From positions 35,136,001 through 35,200,000 of the forward strand of contig CP068257.2 in the NCBI GenBank assembly GCA_009914755.4: a DNA stretch of 64,000 bases, given 5' to 3'. The notes beneath the pieces are model-generated. The model saw only the letters and a list, made by a program, of their open reading frames with translations. It had not been told where the DNA came from and ran no database searches. This DNA is from the human T2T-CHM13v2.0 reference genome, Homo sapiens. The position numbers were made by a program, and so were the translations under genes. This document shows positions 61,544 through 64,000 of the stretch, piece by piece (position 1 is the stretch's first letter; each line of letters begins with the position of its first letter).

Positions 61544-62409
61544 TGAAGCTTTTCTAACAGTGAAGGTGAAATACAAAGATTTGGTCTCTTCTGAGGTTTC
61601 TTCTAATTCTGCACTGTGAGAAATAACCACTACTGTCATCCACACTAAGACATGAGTTTTGAGCAACAATAGCAACAACAAAAAATGCACACACAGCAAA
61701 AGCAGCAAACAGTTTTAGACATTCATGCTTCTCATATTATTACTGAGAAACAGAGCAGTACGCTTAAGAATCCAACACAAATGCCTTGTCACATTTGGAC
61801 AAATGAGTAAAGACGGGGGATAGGTTGTGTAGAATTCATCAAATTGGTGCCCCTAAAAAGTGAATTGAGATTTCGGGACCTGGCCATGGTTTGACCCTTA
61901 GTGATGTGTGTACCTATATACACACCAAAACAGGCACTCGCTTCACTTTCCAAAAGTTATCTGGAGAAAAGTTGTTCTAGTTCAGAGTGTTTACATAGAC
62001 CAAGGATGGTCAACTGAGACTCCAGGGCAAATACATGAGATTTTTACCGGTTCCTGGATACCTTTGACTCAAGACAGAAAAAAAGTCATTAGGAAAATGG
62101 TAATTATTCTTGTCATTCATAGAAGCCTACAATTCTCCCACCCAGGAAATTCCACTACTCAATTAATTGATTACATGGAATAGGATGCCTCCACTAGTCA
62201 TCTAGTCAAATGTGGACACTGGTCTGGGTTTTAACTTGTGGGAAACTGTTTTTCTTTAACTCAGGGGACTCTAAAGTACAATGGCTAAGAGTACCAGAGT
62301 CAGACTACTTGTGCTGAATTCTGGCTCCAACACTGTCTCCCTGGGTTCCATACTACTCTTAGCCTCAGTTTTTACATCCATAAAAAGGGATCAATAAAAG
62401 AATGTCTGA

Positions 62410-62620
<211 letters not shown>

Positions 62621-64000
62621 TGTGACTGTCACTAGGCTGCTGTAGGGGATAAACTTAATAACGTATGTCTAGGAAATACACAGGAGGAGTTCAGTAACGT
62701 TGCCTGTTAATACCTTGTCACTGTAGTTACTGTTTCTTTGCTACTTTGCATGAAGCTCTGAATTGCTCAGTGTTACCCTGAAGCTGGGGACTAACCATCC
62801 TTCTCTGGATTGCCTTCTGCCACTCAGCCATTCTAGTAATCAAGCTAAGCCTCTACTGAGGTCCCAGGACACACAGTTGTATGGGTAAGCCAATGCAGCC
62901 AATGAAATGTGTTGTAGATATAGAAAATGAGCTATCGGAAACGCTGACTTCAGGAAGTGGAGATACATGGCACAGCTCCAAAGGCAAGAAGCTCATAGCC
63001 ACCACGAATCTAGTAAGTCCTCCCTGCTTCTTGCCTTACATCCACAGGTGTGAGGGAAATTGGTGGTAAAAATTTCCTTTCCCATGACTCGTAAGCTTCT
63101 GAGAAAAGCCTTGTGATGATATACTAAGTACTTCAGCAAAGGATCAGAGGAGTCAGCTGTGAGCACTGCTCAGATCCCAGTAAGACTTTCAGTGGCCAAG
63201 ATTAAAGCTGGCTTCCCTCTGCCACGCCAAGCAACCCAGCCTGGCTACAGTACAGCAGGCTGCTGCAGGAACTTTTCAGAGCGAAGAGTAAGCGTTCGAT
63301 GAAGATGTAGACTCGATTAGAGTGGAAGATGGAAGCAGCAGATAACGGATGCATTACATACCATACTCTTTTCAAAATGAAAAAGCAACTAACATGCAAT
63401 CCTTCAATATAAAGGTAGATTATAAACATCGGTATTTTTTCTTTTTACTCGCACTTGGAATTACTTTGGTTGTAACCATTTACGTCTTTGCTCAGTCTGG
63501 ATTTAATCGGTTTCTCTGTTCTTCCCTGTAAAACTGAGTCTTTCCACCAAATGACCCTGCATTCACCTTAATTTGATTTTCTGGGTTTTCGTCTTTTAAA
63601 AGTCATCACAGATCTTATGCCATAGTTGTGATCAGTTCTCCAACATTTGTCTGACTATGGCTCAAGATTAAAAAACATTTTCTTCTAAGATGTGAGATCT
63701 CCTAATTCTCCAACACTCACCTATCCTCCACCCACCGGCATTTCTCTCCCTCACCCTGCTCCTCCGCCTGCTTCTTCACCCACTGCACTGGGGCTTCTTG
63801 CCTTTGACATCATGCAATTCCTGGAATAAAGGAGACTGGAGTTCTGTTACCAGTGAAACGAACTTTACGTTAGAGACATCCAAACTGTGTGGATTTGGTA
63901 TAAGCTTCTTTCAAAAAGTACTACTCCATTATTGGGAATGTTTATGCCTAAAAAAGAAGATTCTGTGTTCTATTGTGTCAGACGCTTTCAAAGTGCAATT

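Overview
This window is human genomic DNA covering the 3' end of HLCS (holocarboxylase synthetase, chr21q22.13), transcribed on the minus strand. The human call rests on more than 30 Alu SINEs (about 14% of the window, roughly one per 2 kb), old L1 fragments and typical primate microsatellites. I located five consecutive coding exons by splice-site consensus and reading frame. They are 13414-13481, 11207-11367, 5922-6036, 2737-2950 and the terminal coding exon 441-612, which ends at a TAA stop at 441-443. Spliced together they encode a BirA-type biotin-protein ligase C-terminal half (GRGGNVW...KWPND...GxGxNVT motifs, then a BirA-like C-terminal barrel ending ...[11 protein letters not shown]). 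Counting back from the stop puts Arg508, Val550, Asp571, Gly581 and Asp634 exactly where the HLCS disease variants I remember (R508W, V550M, D571N, G581S, D634Y) fall. That is why I call these HLCS codons about 484-726. The 3' UTR runs off the window at position 1. The rest of the window (about 14-64 kb) is upstream HLCS intron made of Alu and L1 insertions, some nested and with intact target-site duplications, plus simple repeats. I did not find the next upstream coding exon (residues ending ...TPTTMRLLDG, about codon 484). It may lie in the window within a short ORF I could not scan for, or beyond 64 kb. I see no RNA genes, CRISPR arrays or prokaryote-style systems, and no convincing novel system. 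The hunt items are modest: a candidate cryptic exon, small CpG-rich patches with flanking donor motifs, a nested-Alu locus, an unusual composite repeat, a hairpin and several structure-prone tracts.
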